43,515 nucleotides of DNA. It comes from an archaeon (GTDB lineage: Archaea; Nanobdellota; Nanobdellia; Woesearchaeales; UBA9642). Shown here in pieces: positions 43,359 through 43,515 of this stretch. The stretch's first letter is position 1; each line of letters opens with the position of its first letter. The position numbers and the translations under genes were made by a program. The stretch covers positions 1-43,515 of the forward strand of contig JAZDHK010000041.1 of assembly GCA_043806035.1 (NCBI GenBank), in the 5' to 3' direction. The notes under the pieces are model-generated. The model ran no database searches and was not told the DNA's origin. It worked only from the letters and a program-made list of their open reading frames with translations.

Positions 43359-43515
43359 ATGAAACTCCTCCAACACGTCGACCTTATGAACAAGCGCGTG
43401 CTCATGCGCGTTGACTTCAACGTGCCTATCGACGAGAAAGGCATGATTACTGATGACACGAGGATTAGAGAAACCCTGCCTACAATCCAGCACGTGCTCA
43501 AGGACTGCTCACAAT
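43359..43515 (+). CDS. pgk: Phosphoglycerate kinase, 5' partial (runs off the window)
   Basis: Translated by hand: [43 protein letters not shown]. Confidence 0.92.
   Translation, partial: MKLLQHVDLMNKRVLMRVDFNVPIDEKGMITDDTRIRETLPTIQHVLKDCSQ

Noticed and set aside
43272-43493. 73-aa minus-strand ORF
   Set aside because: It is antisense to the pgk 5' end, which the track missed because pgk runs off the window.

Overview
This is an archaeal chromosome segment, most consistent with a DPANN/Woesearchaeota-like organism. It has archaeal RFC-L, SSB, a YchF-type GTPase, intron-containing tRNAs and TATA promoters, together with bacterial-type GAPDH and PGK. Core genes are nadB, rubrerythrin, ychF, an RlmD-like methyltransferase, rfcL, SSB, a type IV pilus/T2SS ATPase with its membrane platform, ppsA, a uridine kinase-like gene, gap and partial pgk, plus tRNA-Gly(CCC) and tRNA-Phe(GAA). 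Five observations stand out. (1) A ~2,900-aa phosphotransferase has one ATP-grasp domain followed by six [acceptor domain + phospho-His swivel] modules in an ABC-ABC pattern, and it converges on a His-phosphatase gene. (2) Two integrase-less toxin-antitoxin-like mini-cassettes sit in tandem between three copies of a tRNA-Gln-like 3' end, with inverted arms that rebuild a palindromic attP. (3) The window starts with the right end of an AT-rich island that stops at a tRNA 3' fragment and carries two divergent PD-(D/E)XK-like nucleases. (4) A membrane-anchored CSab defensin-like peptide gene is divergent from the pilus ATPase. (5) An M23 peptidase gene lies between gap and pgk. All calls come from reading motifs by eye; no database searches were run.
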